Shown: positions 28,373 through 42,654, counted from the stretch's first letter. The stretch is 64,000 bases of DNA from Octopus vulgaris (GCA_951406725.2 OX597816.1:67704001-67768000); one strand, 5' to 3'. A program made the numbers and translations. The notes: a model not told the origin generated them from the letters alone.

Positions 28373-28898
28373 TTCAGTCGAAGTCGACTTTGCTTTTTAT
28401 CCTTTCGGGTTCTGTAAAATAAGCACTTAAGTACTTGGGTTGATATAATCAAATAGCCCCTCTCCCCAAATTTCAGATCTTGTGCCTGTAGTAAGAAGAA
28501 TTATAGGTCTTGTTAAAACGGCGAGCTGGCAGAATCCTTAGCACACTGGACAAAATGCTTAACAGCAAAGTATTTTGTCTATCCTCACGCTCTGAGTTCA
28601 AATTCCACTGAGGTCATCCTCGCCTGTCATCCTTTCGGTATCGATAAAATAAGTACCAGTTGAATACTGGGGTTTATATAATTGATTAGCGCCTCCCATA
28701 AAATTTCAGGTCTTGTTCCGATAGTAGATAGAAAGAATTATTGGTCTTGTTCGATTAAGAGGGACCCGAGGCTAATAATCAACAACGATATAAGATCTAC
28801 AATCCCCACCCTCACAACAGTCATCATAGCCGACATCATCATCACACCACCATTATATCTACTAACGTTTTTATCACTACCAACGCCCTAACATTACC

Positions 28899-29050
28899 AC
28901 CACCACCACCATCGCCACCATCACCACACAATTGTCCCCATAATCTCCATCACTATCGTTGCCATCACTACCACCACCACCATCGCCACCATCACCACAC
29001 AATTGTCCCCATAATCTCCATCACTATCGTTGCCATCACTACCACCACCA
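28899..29050. repeat. 71-bp tandem duplication inside a (CAC)n-rich tract
   Basis: tcaccacacaattgtccccataatctcc... starts at 28921 and again at 28992. Confidence 0.85.
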
Positions 29051-29927
29051 TCGTCACCAGTATCTCGATTATCATCAGTGCTACCACCAACACCACCACC
29101 ACTACCGCTGCCGCAACAGTTACCAAAATCGCCATCACCAATTACTGTTACTACAGCGTCATCACTATAACAATTACCATCATTACCACCACCGCCACCA
29201 CCACCACCACCGCCGCCACCACCACCACCACCACCACCGCAACAAAGACAACAGTAGCAGTTACCATAATCGCCATCACCATCACCATCGCCACCAAAAC
29301 AGTTACCAGAAGTCCACAAGTGCCATAACTGAGCTATTTCCGGTTTCTCGCCAAGAAAGGGGAAAATACTTAAGAACCGTTTTTATTGTATTTCTGCCCC
29401 CTAACCTCCGCCTTCGCCCCCCCCCCCCCCAACCACCACTTCTCCTTGTCTGGGTGCTAAAGATGGTGGTGGAAAGACAATAGACAATGTGGGTGATGTG
29501 ATGAAGTAAGCTTGGTATTGATGTTGTTATTGTTGTTGTTGTTATTGTCGGGGTGTGAGAGTCGTTGGTGGGTTTTAGGATTAGGGGTGGTACAGAGGTG
29601 ATGACTAATGTGATAGGAGTTAGGAGTGGAGCGGTGGGGAGGAGTGATAAGGCAGTGGAAGTATTGTGTGATGGGAGGTATGTTGGTATGATTGGAAGGG
29701 TGGTGGAAGTAGGTAGCTAATATTAGTGATGGTTTTGGTGGTGGTGACAGTGCTGTTGGTGGTGGTGGTGGTGGTGGTGGTGGATGTCGTGATGGCGTGT
29801 TGGTGGGAAATCCAAAATAACCGTCCTGATTGATCTTAGACGACTTAAGTTCAGAGCTAAGGTCAAGGGTCCGTTAACCAGGGTCTAGTACATACCCAGA
29901 AACATTCGACTTTGAAGCTATTATTGT

Positions 29928-30190
29928 TATTAATGGTTATCGCCAAGCTAATATGGCAGTCCAGAAATATAGGACGAATGCTGCCGTTGATTAGCTCCAA
30001 GAGGCCATCGCCTCTAGCTAGTTATGTGACACACGAACCTGTGTCCATTATAACCTTCGAACAAGGGAGGTCTCTTGGAGCTAATCAACGGCAGCATTCG
30101 TCCTATTTTTCTGGACTGCCATATTAGCTTGGCGATAACTATTAATATCCAGTACCGCTGCCGTAGTCTCCTTTAGAGAGACTTAGAAAT
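29928..30190. mobile_element. Foldback/MITE-like repeat with about 78-bp inverted arms
   Basis: Arms 29928-30006 and 30069-30147 are near-perfect reverse complements; second copy at 15457. Confidence 0.8.
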
Positions 30191-30734
30191 AATAATGTTT
30201 CTATATTATTGTTATTGATGTTGTTTAGCTGCTGGTCAGCACTGATCCATGCGTGAATGTGTGTGTGTGTGTTTTCTCTTCGGTACAACGAGACTATATT
30301 ATCCAACGTCTCCTTTTCCAAGACAGTAAGGCGTAGTTAAATGAAGATTTGGTTCCTACACCTAACAGATCGAGTTATCATATCGAAGCTTTCTTGAAGT
30401 TTCGTATATCTTTTATCTTTCTATCTTTTGCTTGTTTCAGTCGTTAGATTGCACCCAGGCTGGGGCACCACCTTAAAGTACCTTTAGTCGAACGAATTCA
30501 CCCCAGTACTTATTTCTTGTTAAGTCTGGAACTTATTCTATCGGTGCTTTTTGCCGAACTGCTAAGTTACGATGACGTAAACGCAGCAACATCGGCACCG
30601 GTGATCAAGCAGTAGTGGGAGACAAACATAGACACGAAGACACACACACACGCACACACACATGCGCGCGCGTGCACACACACACACACACATGCGCGCA
30701 CACACACATGTGCGCGCGTGCACACACACACATT

Positions 30735-31142
30735 ACTCTTTACTCCCTCTTTTACTCTTTTACTTGTTTCCGTCATTTGATTGCGGTCATGCTGGAGCAC
30801 CGCCTTTAGTCGAGCAAATCGACCCCAGGACTTATTCCTTGTAAGCCTAGTACTTATTCTATCGGTCTCTTTTCCCGAACCGCTAAGTTACAGGAACGCA
30901 AACACACCATCATCGGTTGACAAGCGATGTTGGGAGGGGGGACAAACACAGACACACAAACATATATATACATATTCACAACGGGCTTCTTTCAGTTTCC
31001 GTCTATCAAATCCAATCACAAGGCTTTGATCAGTTCGAGGCTATAGTGGAAGACAATTGCCCAAGGTGCCACGCAGTGGGACTGACCCGGAACCATGTTG
31101 TTGGGAAGCAAGCCTCTTAATCACACAGCCACGTCTGCGCCT
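30735..31142 (-). mobile_element. SINE family A
   Basis: Reverse complement of family A. Confidence 0.85.
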
Positions 31143-33330
31143 GTCTGTATATAAAAAATAAATAGGGATAAGTTGGCAGATCCTACAAGATCTGTTCATT
31201 CATCGCCATCATAGCTCTTCATGATGATGCTGAAAAAAGAGTTGTTCTCCTTTTTGACCCATTACAAGTAATCGTGGTATAAAACCAATTTTCTTATTAT
31301 GATCCTGTTGTCTACATCGTTATTTGTGGCAAATTTCCTCCTCAACCCCAGGGCTTTCAACAAGACGAACTTAGAGATGGAAAATGGAGAATTGGGTGGG
31401 TGTAAGTCTTGTATCATTGCTACGTGCCACACTTTTAGATCTTGTGTTCTTCACATGCATCTTGCTTTCCATTCGTTATAAGAATCAAAAGGTTGAAACG
31501 AGTTCTAGGTTTGGAGGGAAGCGACTGATCAATAAATAGATTTAGAAGGACCTCTCCATAGATTTTCTGAATAAGTGTTTCCGTCAGACTTTTCACCCGT
31601 TAGTGCTAGGTGATTTACTTGGCTTGAGTTGAAGATGCACTGAGTTAGGTTTTTTCAACGTTATTTTTTCCTCCGGTAGCATTGTTCACGCTGGCGTTAG
31701 TTTGATTGTTTCTTCCTGGCATTTGTCACAACGTCTCCAAATCTGAACAGGTACATTTTATATATAATCAAGGTAACACGCTTACTTTAGTAGATACCGG
31801 TCCTTTCAAATTATTCTGTAGAATCACACGAGCATCTTTATATAGGTTGCTGTATTCTTATTTTGATGATAAGAGGATGTGGTTGGTTGCATGGGCAATT
31901 AAAAATTACCTGGATACTGGAATTTTTCCTGATTCCGATTCTCCTTAATTATTTTATTCGCGTTACCAACTCTTGTGGCTGAACTATCACCACAGCCAAC
32001 TTTGTGCAGTGAGGAAAAAAGGACAAAACGAATTGATTGAAAAAAATCACAACGAGAGGAAAACGAGCTGTAAGCATTGCATGTAAGTAAATAAGGGAAA
32101 AGGTACAAAATGAGAACGCAAATATAGATGAAGCAGCCGGGGAAATTTCCTTTCACACACACACACAGCAATGAATATCTCCTATAAGAAGTGAAACCAG
32201 TTTGTAAATATTTACTTTGGAATATATAATTTTGTACTTTCATAATTTTGTGCTTCCGAGTATTTAATAATATATTTTGAAATATTTCAAATGGAAAAAA
32301 AAACCCCAATGTACTTTAGAATGCATAATCTTGAATAGATTAATTGTTATAATTTATTTGGGTTATAACATGTTTTGGAATATGTAATAATGTATTTTGA
32401 AAAAAAATTGCCTGTGATATGCTTTTCAATACAAATAATTAATTGTATTTTCAAATGAACTAATTGTAATTATATATCTTGAAATTAATTAACTGTAAAA
32501 TAAAAAGAATATTAATGTTTTTCTATGATGGATGAACTCTCCCGTCGAAGAGGACGTGTGAGCGTTCCGCTTTTTGCCCAATGATCAACACAAACAAATT
32601 GTTCGTAATGATCAACTGTTAGTGTTGCACATTAGCTCACTCCTTCCATCAAATCGACGTGGTCTGAAAAGGGTGCACTGTGTACCACGTGTCAGAAGTC
32701 GAAGTGATCGCAGGGCAATATGAGATAAAGTGACTTGCTCAACAACAAAACGCACCACCCGGTCTAGGAATTGAAACATCCTAACCACTAGGCCACGCAC
32801 CCCAGTATTTTCTATACATACGTACATAAATACATAGATGTGTGTGTGTGTGTGTGTGTGTATCATGTGATCACTTGTCAACCAGACTATCGGATGTTTT
32901 TATACATCGCTGTTCTCAATGCACCTTGCATAGTTTTAGCTTTTGAACGATGTGACCCCAGTGTCATGGCGAGCAGGCCTACATTTCCCTGATCGGAAGG
33001 GTAATTTGCCGTCGGGTCACCCATTTACAGCTGAGTTTACTGGAGCAACGTCAAATAAAGTGTCTTGCTTAAGAACACAACGAGCAACCTGTTTGGGAAT
33101 AAAAGCTACGATCTCATAACCACGATGCCTCACGGGTACTAGGGCACGTAGTATTTGACAAGATGGATAGGCGATACATTTTCCACTTTAATAATTAGAT
33201 ATTTACGATTTGTACTGATACAATTTATAGAAAAACATCTAATGAATAAAAGTGGAAAAAAAATTATCAGAAAAGCTATTACTATTCATTTTTCAAATAC
33301 ATAAAAGTAAGGACTTTCTATTTCTAACTT

Positions 33331-33743
33331 TATATATATATATATAAAATTAACAGAATGCGATAAAAATCCAAGATATGAAATAGTGAGTGAAGTGGGG
33401 GAATGAAAACAGACGTGAGATATGCAGGGATATTGCATATCTTCTCTAGAATAACTATTGCTTAACTATTTTCTCGCACCGTCTCCGATGAAGGGATATA
33501 TAAAATATCCCTGAAACAGCTGTAAGACCTTTTCTTTATAAATGTTCTGAAATCTTTCACAGCCTTGGATTTTTATCTCATTCTGTTAACTTTTTATATA
33601 TATGCGTGCTAATATATGACCTACGTTGGACTCCTCATTCACATAATCACCGAACCTGGAGCTTAACTATGGTTTGTCTATAGCACTTATTCAGCATTAC
33701 CTGACACCTTTGGGTATTCTTGACACCATTACCTCTCATAACC

Positions 33744-33748
<5 letters not shown>
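33331..33748 (+). mobile_element. Penelope-like repeat carrying a hammerhead motif, with a short inverted terminal segment
   Basis: Homologous inverted copy at about 36321-36617; 33340-33375 is the reverse complement of 33565-33603; bounded by (TA)n. Confidence 0.65.
33481..33528 (+). ncRNA. Minimal type-I hammerhead ribozyme motif
   Basis: GUCU-CCGAUGA-AGGGAUAU(AUAAA)AUAUCCCU-GAAA-CAGCUG-UA|AGAC: stem I GUCU/AGAC, perfect 8-bp stem II, palindromic stem III ACAGCUGU, GUA cleavage triplet; U4 is C. Confidence 0.75.
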
Positions 33749-33810
<62 letters not shown>

Positions 33811-33918
33811 ACACGCGCGCACGTGTGTATATTGTATATGTATATATATTTATTCGCTTTATTGCTCATCAGATTTTTTTCTTATTGTCCTTTTCTTTTA
33901 CATTCAACTATTTTTCAG

Positions 33919-34034
33919 GCTCTGGTCCAGTGGATTGGTGCAATCAAACTCGAATTGATGGTCCTGGTTTTTTGACTAGTCCTGGCTACCCAAGACAACT
34001 CCAATTTTCGGGTGACTGCTTTTACCATATAAAG
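33919..34034 (+). CDS. Exon: CUB1 N-terminal part ([38 protein letters not shown])
   Basis: tttttcag acceptor, aag|gttaat donor, CUB motif G.LTSPGYP..Y....C.Y.I; phase 1 in, phase 0 out. Confidence 0.92.
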
Positions 34035-34290
34035 GTTAATATGAGAGTATATATAATATATATATATACATATTATAAAATAAGCGAAGTTTCAGATTGG
34101 CTGGTGTTTTTCAGATCTCTTAATGCAACAGTTCCTAACTAATAGGTATGGATGTGTGGTTAAGAAACTGGCTTTGCAACCACGGGATTTCGGGTTCAAT
34201 CCCACTATGCGGGCCTTGGACAAGCATCTCCCATAAGTTTGACCATATGAATGAATTTGATGGACAGAAACTGTGTAACCGCTCGTCATG

Positions 34291-34338
<48 letters not shown>

Positions 34339-35139
34339 GGGTGTGTGTGTGTATGCATGTGCTTGTATCTTTGTGACTGCATTGGCGTCACCTTTCCGCG
34401 CTGCCTCTCGACAACTAGTTTGGTTTGTTTACGTCCTTGTAACTTAGGGGTTCGGCATAAGAGACCGACAGGATAAATACAAGATCTAAAAAGGAATATG
34501 TAATGGGGTGAGTTTGTTTTACTAAACCATTTAAGGCGATGCCCCAGCATGGCTATAGTTCAATGACAAAACAGATGTAAGATATGACCATTGGGTGATA
34601 TTTATGAACAAAATATGGTGATTTTCGTCGACAAAATATGCCTAGGCATAATAAAAGCCATAACAGGACGATCTTTATTGCAAAAATAAAGAAATAATTA
34701 AACTGATGAATATATCTCTAAGAACAACAATTAAATTTTAAAGAATAAACTTTCAGATAAATTAATTCTTACGTAAAAAGGTTTAACAGATGATCATGAG
34801 GCTTAACTAAGTTTCCAAATGAGTTATGGTGGTAGAAGAAAGAATGGTGATAGTGGCAATGATTTGAATATCAGATAATTAAGCTATAAGCTGTTTTACC
34901 CTGTGAGATTTAACTATACTTGAAGAGAGGTCTGTAGGGGCTTAACACGTTGTGGCTAGGAACAGAGACGAAACGTGTGTAATGGCCAAGATCTTCGTAA
35001 AGCTCATAGTAATACTAGCTATACTTACGTATGTCTCTCTCTCTCCTTCTTTCTCTCTCTCTCTCCCTCTGTATATTTATACACACACACACACATATAT
35101 ATACACATACCGATATACACACACACATAACCATATATA

Positions 35140-35178
<39 letters not shown>

Positions 35179-35282
35179 GAGTGTATGTACATATAAATAA
35201 ACATTCATATATATACATATACCCATAGACACACACACACGGACACACACGCACATATATATGTATCTATATGTATGTATGT

Positions 35283-35329
<47 letters not shown>

Positions 35330-35585
35330 ACAACAAAAAAAAACAGTCCTCCATACTCTACCAACATGCCAAAGACCAACATGGAGGCAACCTGGGTCAA
35401 CTTGACATCCGCATTTTAGCCAAATACGCGAAGGATCCAATTCTTAGACAAATAGAGGAGCACGTCCTCATAAGTGAAACATCCCCAGTACTAAATAGGA
35501 AATATACCTAGAAGGTAGTCATACCCCTATACCCACAGTTTATACATACATACATACATAATACATACATACATACATACATACA

Positions 35586-35621
<36 letters not shown>

Positions 35622-38600
35622 TATATATATCGGTAGAATAGTTAGAAGGCTGTTGTGTGTTGTGTATGTGTGTGCATCTGTATGTATTCTGCATATTCAT
35701 GTGCTTGCATGTCCGTGCGTGTGTGTGTGTATATGTATATGCATATATATGTAGGTAAATGGATATGAATGTAAACAGATAGACATACAGATAGGTACAT
35801 AGGTATTATGAACAGACAAGCACACATACACATACGCAAATGAAGACTGAAGCACGTGACCATATACACACACGCACACTTCACACAAGGACACATATGG
35901 AGACAAACACACTTAATCATGCACACACAAGGAGACAGAGGTACACACACGCACACATTCAAACACACACACACATACAAACACAAACATGCACACACAA
36001 ACACATGAATATACAGAATACATACATACAAACATACACACATACATATACATATATATATGCATACATACATGCATAGAAACATACGTGTATGCGTACG
36101 CACACTGACCCACACACACGCGCACAAACAAAAGAACGCAACTCGGATAACAGACAGAGTCAATGACTATTGGAAAGGTTGCAAGATACAACGAAAATTT
36201 TAGAGAAAATAAATAAATAAATGAGTGGAGACTAAACCCGTGAGTGTGTTAAGTAATAAGGCACTAAAAGAGAACGACTCTCCCCAGACACAACAGTATA
36301 TATATATAGCGAGAAGTTGAAGTTATAAGAGATAATGGTGTCATTGAGACCCAAAGGTGTCAGGTAATGCTGAATAAGTGCTATAGACAGACCATAGTTA
36401 AGTTCCAGATTCGGTAATATTGCGAATAAAGGGTTCAACGTTGGTTCTATGTCAGCGTGTGTATATATGACTTTTTTGCATAATAAGATAAAAAACCAAG
36501 GCTGTGTAGATATTACAGCATTTATAGATAGAAGGTCTTACAGCTGTTTCTAGGAGATTTATTAATAATATCCCTTCATCGGAGACGGTGTGATAGGAAA
36601 GTTAAGTCATAGTTAGTTTAGATGTGATACAAAATAGAGAGTGAGGTGGAGGAAAGAAAATAGATGCAAGATATGTATGCGTATTGAAGTTGTAAATCCA
36701 TTTTGTAGGCAATATTCCAATATCTTATGAGTAAAGTCCAAAAGTCCAACAGAGTTTAAAATGAGTCCTTCCAAATATAGAGTTTATAAGCAATGTAAGA
36801 TTCCCTTATGAGTGAGTTCCAGCAGATTTTTAAACTTGGTCATTCCCAGTAGAAGTAATGATTAGACAATTTCTAAAGACAATATTCCTTTCTACTCCAG
36901 GCACAAAGCCCGAAATTTTTTTTTTTTTTTTTTTTTTTGGTGGGGTGGGACAGTCGATTAGCTCGACCTCAGTACGCAACTGGTACTTAATCTATCGCCC
37001 CTGAAAGGATGAAAGGCAAAGTCGACCTCGGTGGAATTTGAACTCAGAACGTAAAGACAGACGAAATACAGCTAAGCATTTCGCCCGGCGTACTAACGTT
37101 TCTGCCAGCTCACCGCCTTTCCAAAAACAATATTATTCAATAAATTGATCATATTATTTCATTTTCTTCAAGCTTTCTCCTTTTATTTCTCCAGGCTCCA
37201 ATTGGAAAGAGAATCAAACTCGAATTCTTGGATTTCGATCTTGAAGAAAACACTCGGTGTGCCTACAATTACCTGCAGATTGTCGACGGACCAGATTTAT
37301 GTAAGTATCTCCAGCCTCGTTCTTGTTGTAGTTATAAAGTACAGTCGTACGTTTATGAAAGTGTACGACTTATTCCTATATATATATATTGAATAATATC
37401 GAATCTAGAGCTGTGTGTGCGTGCGTATATGTATATGTGTGTGTGTGTGTGTGCGTGCGTATTTGTGTGTATGCATATACATATATATGTATATACAGAT
37501 ATATCTATCTCTGTATGGCTGTGTGGTAAGTAGCTTGCTCTCCAACCACATGGTTCCAGGTTCATTCCCACTGCGTGGCACCTTGGGCAAGTGCCTTCTA
37601 CTATAGCCTCGGGCCGACCAAAGCCTTGTGAGTGGATTTGGTAGACGGAAACTGAAAGAAACCCGTCGTATATATGTATATATATATATGTGTGTGTGTA
37701 TATGTTTGTGTGTCTGTGTTTGTCTCCCCAACATCGCTTGACAACCGATGGTGGTATGTTTGCGTCGCTGTAACTTAGCGGTTCGGCAAAAGAGACCGAT
37801 AAAATAAGTACTAGGCTTCCAAAGAATAAGTCCTGGGGTCGATTTTCTCGACTAGAGGCGGTGCTCCAGCATGGCCGCAGTCAAATGACTGAAACATGTA
37901 GGAGAGTAAAAGAGAGTAAGAGTAAGAGTACACATGCACACACACATACACACACACACACACTAGTTTCATTCATTAACTGGTATGATGCTAGGGCGCG
38001 AAGATGCATTAAAAGTACATACGTTCACACACACACACACACATGATTTTGTGTGCGTGCGTGTGCGTACATGCGCGCGTGTGTGTGTGTACGTTTGTTT
38101 TTAACAAAAGCTGGAACCAAAAACTTAGCATAGACCTAGTTCCAAAACGCGTCTCTTGTGTGTAAAACCTTTACCCAGGTCTCCTGATACACAGTCTGTG
38201 CAAAAGTGCTGGCTACAATAATGACCTTTGCCCTTATTCTTAATTGGGAAAAAATGGTTGAGGGGGGTCGAAAATGAAAAAGAGAAAAGGAAGTATTTCT
38301 ACCGTACATGTGTATTTGATCAAAGGGACAAGAGAGGAAACCAAGTTGGGGATAATAACAGTTGAAAGAGGTTGAGTGAGTGGATTAGGGGTTAACAGAA
38401 TATTGTTGATATTAAATAACAAACGCAAACCATATGCTGCATAACTTCACAGAAATGTTTATATACACACATCTTTCTCCTTTCATTTTTTTTTTCTCTG
38501 ATTATGTGTGTGCGAGTGCGTTTCGATGAATTTGTGTTTCTCTGTGTGTGTGTGTGTGTGTGTGTGTATAGTATGTGAAAATATATTGTAGATGTATTTG

Positions 38601-38834
38601 CCTATATGTACATATGTACACATGTGTATGTGTGTGTGAGTGTGTAAACACGCATACGCGCGAATATACGAGTGTTTGTGTACGTACGTATGTACATACG
38701 TATATATATATATATATATATATATACGTATATATGTGTATATATATGTGTGTGTGTGTATGTGAGTGTATGTATATATGTATTTGTTGTATTTGTGTGT
38801 CTATGCATATATTGTATATATGTACGTATGTATG

Positions 38835-38893
<59 letters not shown>

Positions 38894-40837
38894 GAAAATC
38901 AATTATATATCGATGGATGATAAAAGGGAGTACGTCGGTAAACTAAGGATGATCCAATGCGCATGCTATAAAATTCGCAAAGTGAATAATAAATAATTTA
39001 ATTGAGAAAAAGAGAAGTCCAACCAATGTTACAAACATTTTCGTAAGCGAACGTCGTTTATTCCATATAGCATACAAAGTTACGCTATACATGCAATATA
39101 CTATTCATTCATCTCCTCAGGCATCCTGATTTGAAATACACACACACACACACACATGCATAGACACAGATCAAATAAGTTACAGTTCAAAAGACAGAAC
39201 ACTCAATATATGAAATGCAGAGTTAATTTACATAATTATATTATTACAAACCTTTATTATACCTTCTTTGGACATCTCTGTTGCGAACTTCTAACCACCA
39301 TGAGATCTTCGCCACGTCTTGGCGTGATTCTGGATAGCAGCTGAAATGGATAATAGCGGATGTTTCTGTTAGATAGCAATGTGTGGAATACAGCCGCAGT
39401 CAAATTACTGAAACAAGTACAAGAGTAAAAGTATATCTATATATATAAAACTCTAGTTGTGTGAGTGTCTGTCCCCTTCGATTTAGATTCCTAACTCCTC
39501 CCACATTTTGCGGTGCAGTTTAACCAAATTCGGGTATCTTATAGTCGTGATTAATATCGAGCCCGTCTGACTATTAGCGCGCGTCAACGATGAGTCTACG
39601 ATTTTAAAAATAATTTAACATCATTTTTTATTCCATTTTAATGCATAAAATGCATCGTGTGTCGATGGCGGCGGAGTTGGCGTCCACGCTCACAGCTGCA
39701 CCTGTTTGCTTCTCCCCCTTCCCTCCCTCGTGAAGCTGTGGGGAAGGGAGTGTAAAGAAATCAACGTCGTAATGCGTTGTGAAGGAAACCAGCGTTCTTT
39801 TAGAACAACGACTTCATGGCTTGAAGACACCAAAACAAAAATGGCTAAGAAAGCCTGAATTTATAAGGGAAGTAACTCTCTAAAAATGCTTATATAGTTA
39901 TTTCCCTTACAAACCCGAGCATCGCCGGGCGATACTGCTAGTATAAATATATATATATGTGTGTGTGTGTGTGTATGGGGTTGACTGCATAAATCAGGAT
40001 GAAATCATTGAGACGTCCAGTGTCAGAGGATGAATTTCTCATCATGTATACAAGTGTTGAATATCTCTGAGCTGACATTCAGGTATGCTCTCGGAATTCG
40101 AGAATTTTTGTGAAACAGCGTATTCTGTGTGGTGTGGAGGCTATATTTTCTGTCAGCATTCATGTAAAGTCTACACTTTTCTAGTTGGTATCGCCTACCG
40201 TCACATTCATACCTGAACCTGAGTATTAACATTTCGGTTGACAACTGAAGAAGAATTAGGGTCCTTCAGTGTCTGTCCTACATGTACGTTTTTTTAGTAT
40301 TTAATGCACTTTTCATTTATTGAGTAACTGAACGCCATGCATCCCGACTTTTGTTAAAAGTAAGTTCTTATATATATTTTTGCGACTCTGTCTTCTCTCT
40401 TTTTCGTCTTCATCTTCTCTTCTAGCATTTCAACTTCTCTTCCTCTCTACACACACATATACGCATCTACAATTATTCATATTTGAACGTGTATGCACAC
40501 AGACAAAGGCATCGTTACGTATGCAAGGACATTCCATTGTGATATATTAACATTCTACTTTAATTGAAACTTCAGTTTGATGTATTTGTTGCTTTAAAAT
40601 GTATTCTTCTTCCACCAGATTGTCCTAGTATTGGAAGGTACTGCGGTAACCAAGTCCTGTCCTTCATTTACTCCAGCGGGTCTGATCTGTACCTTAGGTT
40701 TTCATCAATAAGCGGAATCTATACGAGCACCGGATTTCTAGCCCAATTCAGCTTCCATACATCGACCGTTACGGACCACACCAACCAGTCAGGATCAGAT
40801 GATTACTTAGAAAAAGCTTTAGGTTAGTCTCCACAGA

Positions 40838-40932
<95 letters not shown>

Positions 40933-40940
40933 ATAAAAAT

Positions 40941-40973
<33 letters not shown>

Positions 40974-41164
40974 GTATACTACAGTTTTATATTTAAGAGA
41001 TGAGGAATTATGTACATTATTTACATTCGACGGATATTTGTCCTCATCTTGTTTGTTGTTGACACAATGTTTCAGCTGATATACCTTCCAGCCTTCTTCA
41101 GGTGTCTTGGGGAAATTTCGAACCTGGGTTCTCATCCCTAACGTATTTTTCGATCTTATTATCA

Positions 41165-41217
<53 letters not shown>

Positions 41218-41769
41218 GTTCTGGTCACTAATGGAATCGAACTCGGAATCTTGGAGTTTGTAGCCCGCGCTCTTCACTCCTATGCCATATGCTCGTGGGT
41301 ATGTGGCATAGGGATTATTCTTATACCTTAGGAATGAGAACCCAGGTTCGAAATTTCCCCAAGACACTTGAAGAAGGCTGGAGAGTATATCAGCCGAAAC
41401 ATTGTGTTAACAACAAACAAGATGAGGACAAATATCCGTCGAATGTAAATAATGTAAATAACGTATATAGTATACTGTTCTGTGAAGGTAAGATCAACAG
41501 AAAAAGTATTCCCATCTGGTGAGGGGTAAATATTACTTAATAAACACAGTGTATACTTTTAGGAGTTACTAATAGTTTCATGTGACGAAAACGACTCAGC
41601 ATTTTATACAGGCTTCGTGCCATTTTATAACAGGTCTGGTGTCTGAGGATTGCGTGAAGGCACCAGACGTGTTATAAAATGCTGTCTGAGTTGTTTCCAT
41701 CGCATGAAACTATTAATAGCTCATATATATATATACTGCGTTTATTAAAAAATGTATACTGTGTTTATT

Positions 41770-41841
<72 letters not shown>

Positions 41842-42654
41842 TTTTACTGTACAATTTTTTTTTATTGAAACTGTAACCGAGTTTCAGTTTAAATAAAAGA
41901 AAGTGTATCCTCTGCAACATGTATCAAGCACTCTTTCCTCATTCGTCCGACATAAACCAAAGTACGTACACAAACACACACACACACACATATATATAAA
42001 GTGACGAAGAAGGCGAATGGAGTGTGCGGGTTCTTTTATTGTATTAATTTACAATCGTTTCACTGAAATTCGGTCTCATGAATATTGTTATATTATTCAA
42101 TAATATATGCAACAATCTATTCATGAGGCCTCGAATTCAATTCATCGGAATTATTAATAAAATTCATTTGCTGGGACTTTCTCACATTATCCTCCCTGTT
42201 TGCAATTATAAAAACTCAGCGGATAATTGTGGATATTTAGGCATATTCAAAACAATCTCCGTATTACCGTCCGTCTGATAGCCTGTACCCGTGGATAAGC
42301 TTAATGAGGTAAACTCCAAGGTTAACACACGAGTGAAATTATAAAATACACACACACACATACACACACGTGCGCATAATGATGTGCTTCCATTTCTGTT
42401 TCAGATTGTAACCAAATCATTGAAGAAAAAATTGTGAAAATACAATCACCAGGTTACCCAGAATCCTACCCGGCTAACGCTAGATGTGTCTACATCATAC
42501 GATCGCCAGTTGATGAAACTGTCACTCTTACTTTTCATAAGATGGTTCTAGAAGATTCGGAGAATTGTGACTTGGACTACGTGAAAGTTAAAGACGGAGA
42601 GACGGCAGGTAATCTTTTGTTTTTTTATTCTTTACTTGTTTCAGTCATATATAT

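Noticed and set aside
28921-29483. Gly-rich and His-rich ORFs resembling structural or beak proteins
   Set aside because: (CAC/GGT)n low-complexity tract, open on both strands, with no splice or signal-peptide support.
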